Shown here one piece after another: positions 40,152 to 48,856 of a DNA stretch of 52,194 nucleotides (position 1 is the stretch's first letter; the number at the start of each line of letters is the position of its first letter). The stretch lies in assembly GCA_031431875.1 (NCBI GenBank), contig JANPEF010000144.1, positions 1-52,194 on the forward strand, in the 5' to 3' direction. Made by a program: the position numbers and the translations under genes. The stretch is from Candidatus Eiseniibacteriota bacterium. GTDB lineage: Bacteria > Eisenbacteria > RBG-16-71-46 > DASYSL01. Under the pieces are notes generated by a model, which did not search any database, was not told where the DNA came from, and saw nothing but the letters and a program-made list of their open reading frames with translations.

Positions 40152-40496
40152 TCAGGGGCTTTGGGTCGGAATGATCCGCTCGAGCTCCGCTACCAGCCCC
40201 GGCAAGTCGACCTGCACGGTGCGCCAGAGAATGTCGAGGTTGATGTCGAAGTAGGCATGCACCAGGCGATGCCTCATCCCGATGACGTCTGCCCAGGGAA
40301 GTTGCGGAGATGCTCCCCGCGTCTCCTCCGAAAGCCGGTAGGCCGCCTCCCCGATGATCTCGATCTCCTTGACCAACGACAGGGCCAATTGCCGATCCGT
40401 GCCGAGATCCGTGCGGCTCCGGTCCCGTGTGAACGAGATCGCTTCGCGCGCCGCATCGAGCATGTGCCGAAGCCGGACTTCGTCATCACTGCGCAT
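40152..40496 (-). CDS. HepT-like HEPN ribonuclease toxin (DUF86)
   Basis: [15 protein letters not shown] (RX4HXY). Confidence 0.9.
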   Translation of the reverse strand: MRSDDEVRLRHMLDAAREAISFTRDRSRTDLGTDRQLALSLVKEIEIIGEAAYRLSEETRGASPQLPWADVIGMRHRLVHAYFDINLDILWRTVQVDLPGLVAELERIIPTQSP

Positions 40497-40788
40497 ACTG
40501 GACCTCCGCCTCCTCGAGCACGCGCTGCCGGAAGTACCGGCTGAGATCCTCTGCCGTTCGCATGTCCACACGCCGACCGTCAAAGAGAACCGAGAGCTCC
40601 CGTTCCATGCGAGCCACGCCCAGGAGCCCGGGGATGCGATCGGGCTCAAATTCCACCAGCACATCCACATCGCTGTCCGGCCGGAAGTCGGCGCGCAGTG
40701 CGGAGCCGAATATCGCGAATCGTCGGACGCCATTCTGCTGGCAGAACGATGCGATTCGTTGGCGTGAGACTTGCAGGTTTGCGTTCAT
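40486..40788 (-). CDS. MntA-like minimal nucleotidyltransferase antitoxin
   Basis: [17 protein letters not shown] (GSX10DXD); overlaps the HEPN gene. Confidence 0.9.
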   Translation of the reverse strand: MNANLQVSRQRIASFCQQNGVRRFAIFGSALRADFRPDSDVDVLVEFEPDRIPGLLGVARMERELSVLFDGRRVDMRTAEDLSRYFRQRVLEEAEVQYAQ

Positions 40789-40836
40789 GACCAGCTCCCC
40801 CTGCGCAACGTGGCCGGGTGACCTCCAGCAAGCAGT

Positions 40837-41775
40837 CTAGACGACCCGCCCCGGAGGCGATCCGCCACTGAGGTAGGCCCGCACCGCCTCCGCCGCCATC
40901 AGCGCCGCGCGCTCCTGCGCCTCGGCGGTGGCTGCCCCCAGGTGGGGTGTCAGGACCACGTTCGGCAGCGCGAACAGCGGGGACGCGACCGGCGGCTCCT
41001 GCTCGAACACGTCGAGCGCGGCGCCGGCCAGGTGGCCCACGACGAGTGCGGCGGCCAGGGCGGTCTCGTCGATCAGCCCCCCGCGCGCGGCATTGACCAC
41101 GATCGCGCCCTTGCGCATGCGGCCGATCCGCCCCGCGTCGAGCAGGTGCTTCGTCGCGGCCGACAGCGGCGCGTGCAACGAGACGATGTCGGCCTCGTAC
41201 AGCGCGCGCTCCATGTCGACGCGCTCGACTCCCGTCAGGTGCGGCGCGGCGGCCGGGTCCGGATCGAAGCCGAGCACGCGGCAACCGAGCGCCACTCCGA
41301 CGCGGGCGACCTCGCGACCCACGAAGCCGAGCCCGACGACGCCCAGCGTGCGACCGTTGATCTCGAGCCCGGCCAGGCGCGACTTCTCCCACTGGCCCGC
41401 GCGCGTCGTGGCGTCGGCCTCGGGGATGTGGCGCATCAGCGCGAAGATCAGGCCCCACGTGAGCTCGGCGACCGAGACCGCGTTCGCGCCCGGCGCGTTG
41501 TACACGGCGATGCCGGCGGCGGCGGCGGCCTTGGTGTCCACGTTGTCGACACCGGCACCGGCGCGCGCAATGACCTTGAGGCCATTGGCGTGGGCGATCA
41601 CCTCGGCGGTGACCTTGGTCTGCCCGCGCACGAGCAGCGCCTGGCGGCCGGCCAGCGCCGCGACGAGCGCGTCGCCGGCGAGGCCCGACTCCTTGCGCAC
41701 CTCGAAACCGGCATCGAGCAGCACCCGCTCGGCCGCGGGACCGAGCGGATCGGCGATCAGCGCGCGACCGCTCAC
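40837..41775 (-). CDS. serA: D-3-phosphoglycerate dehydrogenase-like D-2-hydroxyacid dehydrogenase (short form, no ACT domain)
   Basis: RAGAGVDNVD, NAVSVAE, GLGFVG, VNAARG, LDVFEQEP, TPHLGA. Confidence 0.8.
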   Translation of the reverse strand: MSGRALIADPLGPAAERVLLDAGFEVRKESGLAGDALVAALAGRQALLVRGQTKVTAEVIAHANGLKVIARAGAGVDNVDTKAAAAAGIAVYNAPGANAVSVAELTWGLIFALMRHIPEADATTRAGQWEKSRLAGLEINGRTLGVVGLGFVGREVARVGVALGCRVLGFDPDPAAAPHLTGVERVDMERALYEADIVSLHAPLSAATKHLLDAGRIGRMRKGAIVVNAARGGLIDETALAAALVVGHLAGAALDVFEQEPPVASPLFALPNVVLTPHLGAATAEAQERAALMAAEAVRAYLSGGSPPGRVV

Positions 41776-42947
41776 GCGGCGTCTTTCGCGGAAGCCGCCA
41801 TCGACTCGCCGGCCGTCACACCGGCAAATGCGCGCTGCGCAGCCACCAGCCCCGCCCCCGCCGTGACCGCGACACCGGCCACGCCCAGCGCATCCTCGAG
41901 CGCGCCGACGACGGCGAGGATGTCCGCCCGGTCGTAGGCGCCCATGTGACCAATGCGGAAGCTCACGTCCTTGAGCCGATCCTGGCCGTTCGCGATGACC
42001 ATGCCGTGACGCTCGCGCATCGCCTTGACGATCGTGCCCGAGATCACGCCCTCGGGCGACTTGATCGCGGTCAAGGCGTTCGACGGGCGCTCGGCCCCGA
42101 GCGTGAGGCCCAGCGCGACGGCCGCGGCCCGCGTCGCGCCGGCGTTCGCGGCGTGGCGCGCGATCACGGCCTCGCGGCCCTCCTCGCGCATGATCGCCAG
42201 CGCCTCGACCAGCCCCACGACGAGCGCGGTCGGCGGCGTGAACGGCGTGTCGCCCTCGGCGGCCATCGTGGCGGCCTTCCTCAGGTCCATGTAGAAGCGC
42301 GGCAGGCGCGGGCCCGAGTCGAGTGCGGCGAGCGCGCGCGGCCCGAGTGCGACGAAGCCGAGGCCCGGCGGCAGCATCATCCCCTTCTGCGAGCCCGAGA
42401 CTGCGACGTCGAAGCCCATCGCGTCCATGCGCACGTCGTGCACGCCGAGGCTGGTCACCGTGTCGGCCACCGCGAGCGCACCGGACCGATGCGCGGCGGC
42501 GGCGATTGCCTGGGCGTCGTGCAGCACGCCGGTCGAGGTCTCGCTGTGGGTGAAGAACACGACCGGTGCGGGCCGCTCGGCCAGGCGAGCAGCGACGGCC
42601 GCGGGATCGGCGGCCTTGCCCCAGTCGAACGACAGGACGTCGGGCTCCACGCCATAGGCCTTGAGGATCTTCGCCCAGCGCTCGCCGAACTTGCCGGCCT
42701 CGACGACGAGCGGGCGCGTGCCCGGCTCGACCAGGTTGACGACCGCGGCCTCGAGCGCACCCGAGCCCGAGGCGGCCATCGTGACGACGGTGCCCTCGGT
42801 GCCGAACAACTCGACGAGACCGCGCGTGGCATCCGTCAGGATGGCACGGAACGCGGCGGTGCGGTGGTGCATCGCGGGGCGGGCCAGCGCCGCGAGGATG
42901 CGGGCCGGAACTTCGACGGGACCGGGCGTAAAGAGGCGCGTCTTCAA
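41772..42947 (-). CDS. Class V PLP aminotransferase (alanine-glyoxylate/serine-pyruvate/phosphoserine type)
   Basis: LFTPGP, HSETSTG, SGSQKGMMLPPGL, FRIGHMG. Confidence 0.9.
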   Translation of the reverse strand: MKTRLFTPGPVEVPARILAALARPAMHHRTAAFRAILTDATRGLVELFGTEGTVVTMAASGSGALEAAVVNLVEPGTRPLVVEAGKFGERWAKILKAYGVEPDVLSFDWGKAADPAAVAARLAERPAPVVFFTHSETSTGVLHDAQAIAAAAHRSGALAVADTVTSLGVHDVRMDAMGFDVAVSGSQKGMMLPPGLGFVALGPRALAALDSGPRLPRFYMDLRKAATMAAEGDTPFTPPTALVVGLVEALAIMREEGREAVIARHAANAGATRAAAVALGLTLGAERPSNALTAIKSPEGVISGTIVKAMRERHGMVIANGQDRLKDVSFRIGHMGAYDRADILAVVGALEDALGVAGVAVTAGAGLVAAQRAFAGVTAGESMAASAKDAA

Positions 42948-43019
42948 CAGGTCTCCTCAGCGGATGCGGAAACAGCGGGAAGGGTGCGAACGCGCGGCAT
43001 CCTAGCATAATGCGGCCCC

Positions 43020-43048
43020 TTGCGGCGCGGCGAGGCGCACCGTAGCGT
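43020..43048 (+). promoter_or_regulatory. Sigma70-like promoter, probably leaderless transcript for the DUF72 gene
   Basis: TTGCGG-17nt-TAGCGT then 6 nt to ATG 43055; no SD. Confidence 0.45.
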
Positions 43049-43054
43049 GCGGGC

Positions 43055-43885
43055 ATGACGCGGCTCAGGGGCGCTCGATTCTTCCTCGGAACGCAGGGCT
43101 GGAACTACCCGGCCTGGGCGGGGCCGTTCTATCCCCGGGCGGCGCGGGCGGCCGACTTTCTCTCGCTGTACGCAAAGCAGTTCGGAACCGTCGAGGTCGA
43201 CTCGACGTTCTACGCCGTGCCCTCGGCCACGACGATCGAGAGCTGGCTGCGCCGCACGCCGGCGCCGTTCCGCTTCGCCCTCAAGTTTCCGCGCGCCGCG
43301 ACGCACGACGACCGCCTCGCCGGCATGGTGAGCCGCACGACGCTCGAGATCTTCGCCACACGCGCGCGCGGCCTCGGCGCGCGCCTGGGTCCGATCCTGC
43401 TGCAGTTGCCGCCCGACTTCGGCCCGGCCGAGCGCGACTCGCTCGACGGTTTCCTCGCCGGCTGGCCCGAGGACCTCAAGCTCGCGGTCGAGTTCCGCGA
43501 CCCCGCGTGGCTCGCGGGCGACGCGATCGAGACGCTGGCCGCGCGCGGCATCGCGACCGCACTCACCGACAGCCCGCACGTCCCGCTCGAGGCGATGCTC
43601 GCCGCCGCCGAGCGCGCGAGCGCGGGACTCGACTTCGCCTACGTGCGCTGGCTCGGCCCGCGCGACATCACGGACTACTCGCGCATCCAGGTCGACCGCT
43701 CGGCCGAGCTCGCGCGCTGGGCCGAAGCACTTCCACCGCTGGTCGATCGCGGCATCGACGTCTACGGCTACGTGAACAACCACTACGCGGGGCACTCGCC
43801 GGCGTCGGTGCGCGCGTTCATGGAGCTGGTGGGGATCGATCCGCCGGACCCGGCGGACCTCGAGCCGCAGGGCTCGTTATTCTAG
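43055..43885 (+). CDS. DUF72 domain protein
   Basis: GTQGWNY..W.G.FYP, VEVDSTFY, LLQLPP, AVEFR, YVNNHY.G. Confidence 0.92.
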   Translation: MTRLRGARFFLGTQGWNYPAWAGPFYPRAARAADFLSLYAKQFGTVEVDSTFYAVPSATTIESWLRRTPAPFRFALKFPRAATHDDRLAGMVSRTTLEIFATRARGLGARLGPILLQLPPDFGPAERDSLDGFLAGWPEDLKLAVEFRDPAWLAGDAIETLAARGIATALTDSPHVPLEAMLAAAERASAGLDFAYVRWLGPRDITDYSRIQVDRSAELARWAEALPPLVDRGIDVYGYVNNHYAGHSPASVRAFMELVGIDPPDPADLEPQGSLF

Positions 43886-43904
43886 TCGCGGCGCAGCCGC
43901 GACT

Positions 43905-44612
43905 TCAGTCGCGAGAAGCGCCGCCCCCTGGGCGGTACATGTGCCCCTCGACCCACCGGCCGCCACCCTCGTCGACCTCGTGCTTCCAGATCGGGACCGC
44001 CTCCTTGAGACGATCGATCAGGTGCCGGCAGCAGTCGAACGCGTCGGCGCGGTGCGGGCAGGCGACGGCGATCGCGACCGAGGCCTCGCCCACGGCGAGC
44101 CGGCCCGTGCGATGCGCCAGCGCAATGCGCGCCATTGGCCAGCGCGCCGCACCCTCGGAGGCCACGGCCTGCAACTGCGCGGCGGCGAGCGGATCATAGG
44201 CCTGGTACTCGAGCCCGACGAGCCCGGGCTCGGCCCGCACCTCGCCGACGAAAACGACGACCCCACCACAAGTTGCGGCCTGCACCTCGGAAAGCAGTCG
44301 AGCCGCATCGAGGGGTTCCGCGGTGAGCTCCGCGCGCAGCACCCCGGGCTCGCCGGGATCCGGCGCTCCCCCTCCCACCGGCGGCAGCCACACGACCTCG
44401 GCGCCGTCCGGTACCGGCGTATCGAGGTCCACGACCTTCCCGTCGACGACGATCGGCAGCCGGAGAAGCTGGTCCTCGAGCGCCGGCCACTCGGCGGCGA
44501 GCAGCGCCCAGATCGCGCGCGGGGTCGTGCCCTCGGGGACCTCGAGTTCCACCTGCGGCGCGCCGCCGGTGTAGTCGCGCAGGTAGGCGAAGAACAGGAC
44601 CGTCACGGTCAT
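43905..44612 (-). CDS. MoaD-MoaE fusion (molybdopterin synthase, MoaX-like)
   Basis: VLFFAYLRD...LPPVGGG (MoaD) fused to GGVVVFVGEVR...LEYQAY...HRTG...HRADAF...LKEAVPIWKHE (MoaE). Confidence 0.9.
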   Translation of the reverse strand: MTVTVLFFAYLRDYTGGAPQVELEVPEGTTPRAIWALLAAEWPALEDQLLRLPIVVDGKVVDLDTPVPDGAEVVWLPPVGGGAPDPGEPGVLRAELTAEPLDAARLLSEVQAATCGGVVVFVGEVRAEPGLVGLEYQAYDPLAAAQLQAVASEGAARWPMARIALAHRTGRLAVGEASVAIAVACPHRADAFDCCRHLIDRLKEAVPIWKHEVDEGGGRWVEGHMYRPGGGASRD

Positions 44613-45910
44613 CACAGGAGCACTCCCGCCCGCGGGTAGGCGCGGGCCACGATCTCGACCGGATGGCGCATCGGCGCGGCGAGTCCGCGCGCGCGCTGGC
44701 CGATCTGCATCTGCAGCAGGCAGCCCGGATTGCCGACCGCGACCACCGTCGGGGCGACCGCCTCGACACTGTCCATCTTCTGCTCGAGCAGCCGTGCCGC
44801 CATGTCCGGATGCGTGAGGTTGTAGATGCCGGCCGAGCCGCAGCAGCGATCGCTGCCCGGCAGGTCGATGACGGTCGCGCCCGGCAGCGCGCGCAACAGG
44901 ACGCGCGGCGCGCTCCGCACCTTCTGCGCGTGCGCCAGGTGGCAGGCGTCGTGGACGCCGATGCGCTCGGCCACCGCAGCACGCGCGGGCGGCAGCCCCA
45001 GCTCGGCGAGCACCTCGGTCACGTCGCGCACGCGCGCGGCGAAACCGTCCGCCGCGTGGTCGCCGCGCGGGAACAGGTCGCCGTACTCGCGCAGCGTCGC
45101 ACCGCAGCCGGCGGCGTCGGTGGCAATGAAGTCCAGCGGCCCGGCCTCGGCGAACACCTCGACGTTGGTGCGCGCCAGCCGCCGCGCACCCTCGCGCCGC
45201 CCGGCGTGGGCGAGCAACGCGCCGCAGCACTGCTGCCGCGCCGGGATCACGACCGTCGCCCCGGCCTCGCGCAGCAGGTGCACCGCGGCGCGATCGACCG
45301 CGGGGAAGAACCCCGGCATGAGGCAGGTGCGGAACCAGCCCACGGTCGCGCGCGACGCGCCTTCGTACGGTGGATAGATGCCCGGCTCGATCGCGGCTCC
45401 CGAAGCCTGCACGGCATCGGGCTCGAGCGCCGCACCCACGCGCGCAAAGGCGGGCAGGAAGCGCCCCAGCGGCCCGGCGGCCAGCCGCGTGAGGCCCAGC
45501 CGCTGCGCGGTGCGCACCAGCTTGCTCACGACCTGCATGCGCTCGGGGAACGGGAACAGGTGATCGAGCGCGAGGTTCCGCACGCGCTCGCCGGGCGTCG
45601 GCGGCAGCTCGATGGCGAGCTTCGCACGCGTGGTCTCGATCAACTTCCCGTAGTGCACGCCGGCCGGGCACGCGGTCTCGCAGGCGCGACAGTTGAGGCA
45701 GGAGTCGAGGTGCGCCGCGATCCCCCGACTGGGCTCGACGCGCCCCTCGTCGAGCGCGCGCATCAGGTAGATGCGCCCGCGCGGCGACTCCATCTCCAGC
45801 TTGGTCTCGCGGTAGGTCGGGCACGCCGTCAGGCAGAGCCCGCAGTGCACGCACTGGAGCAGGTCCTTGCGCGCGGGCCCCGCGAGGTCGACGAGGTCGA
45901 TGCCGCTCAC
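44612..45910 (-). CDS. glcF: Glycolate oxidase iron-sulfur subunit
   Basis: CVHCGLCLTACPTY, CLNCRACETACP, two CCG domains, CCGSAGIYN. Confidence 0.9.
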   Translation of the reverse strand: MSGIDLVDLAGPARKDLLQCVHCGLCLTACPTYRETKLEMESPRGRIYLMRALDEGRVEPSRGIAAHLDSCLNCRACETACPAGVHYGKLIETTRAKLAIELPPTPGERVRNLALDHLFPFPERMQVVSKLVRTAQRLGLTRLAAGPLGRFLPAFARVGAALEPDAVQASGAAIEPGIYPPYEGASRATVGWFRTCLMPGFFPAVDRAAVHLLREAGATVVIPARQQCCGALLAHAGRREGARRLARTNVEVFAEAGPLDFIATDAAGCGATLREYGDLFPRGDHAADGFAARVRDVTEVLAELGLPPARAAVAERIGVHDACHLAHAQKVRSAPRVLLRALPGATVIDLPGSDRCCGSAGIYNLTHPDMAARLLEQKMDSVEAVAPTVVAVGNPGCLLQMQIGQRARGLAAPMRHPVEIVARAYPRAGVLL

Positions 45911-47169
45911 GATCGGGTGCCCTCCCCCGCCATGCGACCGCGGTACACCGTCGGCCCGAGCACCCCCGCCGGATCGAACGCCGCCTTGAGCCGTGCGTAC
46001 AGCGCGTGCGGCACGGCGAAGCCGCCCCAGATCGGTCCGTCCTCGTCGCGCCACGCTCCCTGCACGCGCCATGCGCCGCCCAGGTCCTCGACCGCGCGCG
46101 TCACCGCGCCCAGCGTCGCTGCGCCGTCGACGGCCGCGCGATCGATCCGCGCGAAGGCGGCCCCCTGCAGCACGAACGCACCGAGGAACGGCAGCGCCAG
46201 GCCCTCGAGGCGGCGCGCGAACTCCGGCAGCCGCGACGGCAACAGGCTCGCCCGGACGAGCAGGTTCGACCGCTCGGGGCAGACGTGCTCGAGCGCGCTC
46301 ATGCGCAGGCGGGCCGCGATCGGCGCCTGGTGATCCGCCGAGTCGCCCGGTTGCGGCGCGCCGTGGGCCCCCGCGCTCCACGCGGCACCGGCGTCGACCT
46401 GCTCCTGATCGCCCTCGTGCACCCAGGCGACGAGCGTGGGCTCGCCCGGGCGCGCCGTCCACGCGACCAGGCCCAGCGCGGTCGCCTCGCGCGCGATGCG
46501 TGCCGCCTCGTCGGCCGCGCGGCGCGCGCTGTCGAAGGCGCGCTCGAACGGGGCGTGCGCCTCGGGGCGCGGCGCCAGGCGCAGCGTCACCTCGGCGATG
46601 AAGCCGAAGGCGCCGTGCGCGCCGGCGTGCAGGCGCATCAGGTCGTAGCCCGCGACGTTCTTCACCACGCGGCCGCCGCTCTTCGTGACGCGCCCGTCGG
46701 GTGTGGCCACGCTCATGCCGAGGATGCGATCGCGCAGCGCGCCGACCCTGCCACGCCGTGCATCGGCCAGGTCGGTCGCGATCATGCCGCCGACCGTCCC
46801 ATCGGCGAGGCCGAAGTGCGCACCCGACAGCTCGAGCCCCTCCTCGGCGAGCAGTGCATGCACGTCCTCGAGGCGCGTCCCCGCGCGCACGGTGATCGTC
46901 TGGTCCGCCGGCTCGTAGGCCGTCACGCCGGCGCAGCCGGCAGTTTCAATCACGACCGCGCTCGAAGGCACGGGCGGGCAGGCACCCAGGCGAGACGCCG
47001 AGCCCACGATCCACGTCAACTCGCCGGAGGCAGCCGCAGCAGCGAGCGCGTCGGCTGCCGCTTGCGCGGTGAGGGGCCGCTCGACCCGCAGCGGGGCCAG
47101 GCCCCACGTGGCGGGGCCCGACACGGTGCGCGCGAGGCAGCTGCAGGGCGGGGCCGAGGTCAGATCCAC
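45907..47169 (-). CDS. glcE: Glycolate oxidase FAD-binding subunit
   Basis: YEPADQTITVRAGT, TVGG, GGRVVKNVAGYDL, LKAAFDP. Confidence 0.88.
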   Translation of the reverse strand: MDLTSAPPCSCLARTVSGPATWGLAPLRVERPLTAQAAADALAAAAASGELTWIVGSASRLGACPPVPSSAVVIETAGCAGVTAYEPADQTITVRAGTRLEDVHALLAEEGLELSGAHFGLADGTVGGMIATDLADARRGRVGALRDRILGMSVATPDGRVTKSGGRVVKNVAGYDLMRLHAGAHGAFGFIAEVTLRLAPRPEAHAPFERAFDSARRAADEAARIAREATALGLVAWTARPGEPTLVAWVHEGDQEQVDAGAAWSAGAHGAPQPGDSADHQAPIAARLRMSALEHVCPERSNLLVRASLLPSRLPEFARRLEGLALPFLGAFVLQGAAFARIDRAAVDGAATLGAVTRAVEDLGGAWRVQGAWRDEDGPIWGGFAVPHALYARLKAAFDPAGVLGPTVYRGRMAGEGTRS

Positions 47170-48689
47170 GGGCCCTCCCCGTCGACGGCCAGCACCGGAC
47201 CGCGCGGCGCAGCGGCTCCGGCCCGGCCCGTCGCATACGCGCGCACGCCCTCGCCGCAGGCCGGCCGGCGCGGCAGCATCTTGTTCGGGTTCAAGAGCCC
47301 TTCGGGATCGAATGCCCGGCGCACCGCGTCCATCATCGCCAGGTCGTGCTCGCCGAAGGACAGGCCCATGAAGTCGCGCTTCTCGTTGCCGATTCCATGC
47401 TCGCCCGAGAGGCTGCCGCCCAGCGCGACGCAGGCCTCGAGGATCTCCCCCGCCGCCGTCCATGCGCGGGCCACGCTGTCGGGATCGTCCACGTCGTAGA
47501 GCACGTTCGGGTGCAGGTTGCCGTCGCCGGCGTGGAACACGTTCGCGATCTGGAGGTCGTGACGCGCGGCGACCTCGGCGATCCGATCGAGCGCCTCCGG
47601 CAGTTTCGTGCGCGGCACCACCCCGTCGAGCACGTAGAAGCCGCTGGCGATCCGGCCCATCGCGCCGAATGCGGCCTTGCGCGCCTTCCACAAGAGCAGG
47701 CGCTCGGCGTCGTCCTTCGCCGCGCGCACCGAGCGCGCCCCGGCGGCCATGCAGTGGGCTTGCAACTCGGCGCCGCGGCGGTCCATGCCGGCGGCCGGCC
47801 CGTCGAGCTCGGCCAGCAGCACCGCACCCGCGTCGAGCGGCAGCCCCAGGTGCACGTAGGGCTCGACGGCGACGATCGTCAGGTGGTCGATCATCTCGAG
47901 CGCAGCCGGCACGATCCCCGCGGCGACGATCGAGGTGACGGCGCGGCCGGCATCGCGGACGTGGTCGAAGACGACGAGGAACGTGCGGATCGTCTCGGGC
48001 CGCGGCGTGAGCGTGACGACCAGCTCGGTGACGACCGCGAACGTGCCCTCGGAGCCGATCGTGAGGCCCGTCAGGTTGAGCCCGGGCATGTCGAGCGCGC
48101 GCCCCCCGGTGACGACGACCGTGCCGTCGGCGAGCACCAGGGTCATCCCCCGCACGTGCTGATGGGTCTGGCCGTACTTGAGGCAGTGCGGGCCACCCGC
48201 GTTCGTCGCTGCGTTGCCACCCAGCGTCGAGGCCATCTGGCTCGACGGATCGGGCGCATAGAACAGCCCGTCGGCCTCGACCCGCTGCGACAGGTGCAGG
48301 TTGACCACACCCGGCTGGACGACGGCGAAGCGATTCGGGACGTCGACCTCGAGGATCGCGTCCATGCGGGCGGTGACCAGGAGGATGCCGCCCTCCTCGG
48401 CGAGCGCGCCGCCGGCCAGGCCCGTGCCCGCCCCGCGCGCGGTGACCGGCACGCCGCGCGCGTGGGCCAGGCGCAACACGGCGGCGACATCTTCCGTCGA
48501 ACGCGGGAGGACGACCACGTCGGGCGGATACTTGTGGATGGTGAAGCCGTCCACGTCGTAGGCGAGCCGCGCCTCGTCGGTCGCCAGGATCGCCTCCGCG
48601 CCGATCGTTTCCGAAAGCGCAAGAGCCAGCTCCGCGCGCTCGGCAGCGGTGCGGACTGGACGTTTCCTTTGCGTGGTCGGGGCGTGCAT
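47160..48689 (-). CDS. glcD: Glycolate oxidase FAD-linked subunit
   Basis: RGAGTGLAGG, YAPDPSS, NAGGPHCLKYG, GSEGT, HAGDGNLHP, GEHGIG.EK. Confidence 0.92.
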   Translation of the reverse strand: MHAPTTQRKRPVRTAAERAELALALSETIGAEAILATDEARLAYDVDGFTIHKYPPDVVVLPRSTEDVAAVLRLAHARGVPVTARGAGTGLAGGALAEEGGILLVTARMDAILEVDVPNRFAVVQPGVVNLHLSQRVEADGLFYAPDPSSQMASTLGGNAATNAGGPHCLKYGQTHQHVRGMTLVLADGTVVVTGGRALDMPGLNLTGLTIGSEGTFAVVTELVVTLTPRPETIRTFLVVFDHVRDAGRAVTSIVAAGIVPAALEMIDHLTIVAVEPYVHLGLPLDAGAVLLAELDGPAAGMDRRGAELQAHCMAAGARSVRAAKDDAERLLLWKARKAAFGAMGRIASGFYVLDGVVPRTKLPEALDRIAEVAARHDLQIANVFHAGDGNLHPNVLYDVDDPDSVARAWTAAGEILEACVALGGSLSGEHGIGNEKRDFMGLSFGEHDLAMMDAVRRAFDPEGLLNPNKMLPRRPACGEGVRAYATGRAGAAAPRGPVLAVDGEGPWI

Positions 48690-48856
48690 GACCCCAAGTT
48701 AACACACGATGTGCGCGGTCGCTGCGTAGGCTGCGGGGGCTTCGTCGACGTCCTGTACGTCGCGCTTCAACCTTTTCTGGTGCGACCCCGTCCAAGCGAC
48801 CGGTCCCACTCCTGAACGCCGAGTCCCCGGCGTTCACTCCGAAGTCGAGGAAGTCC

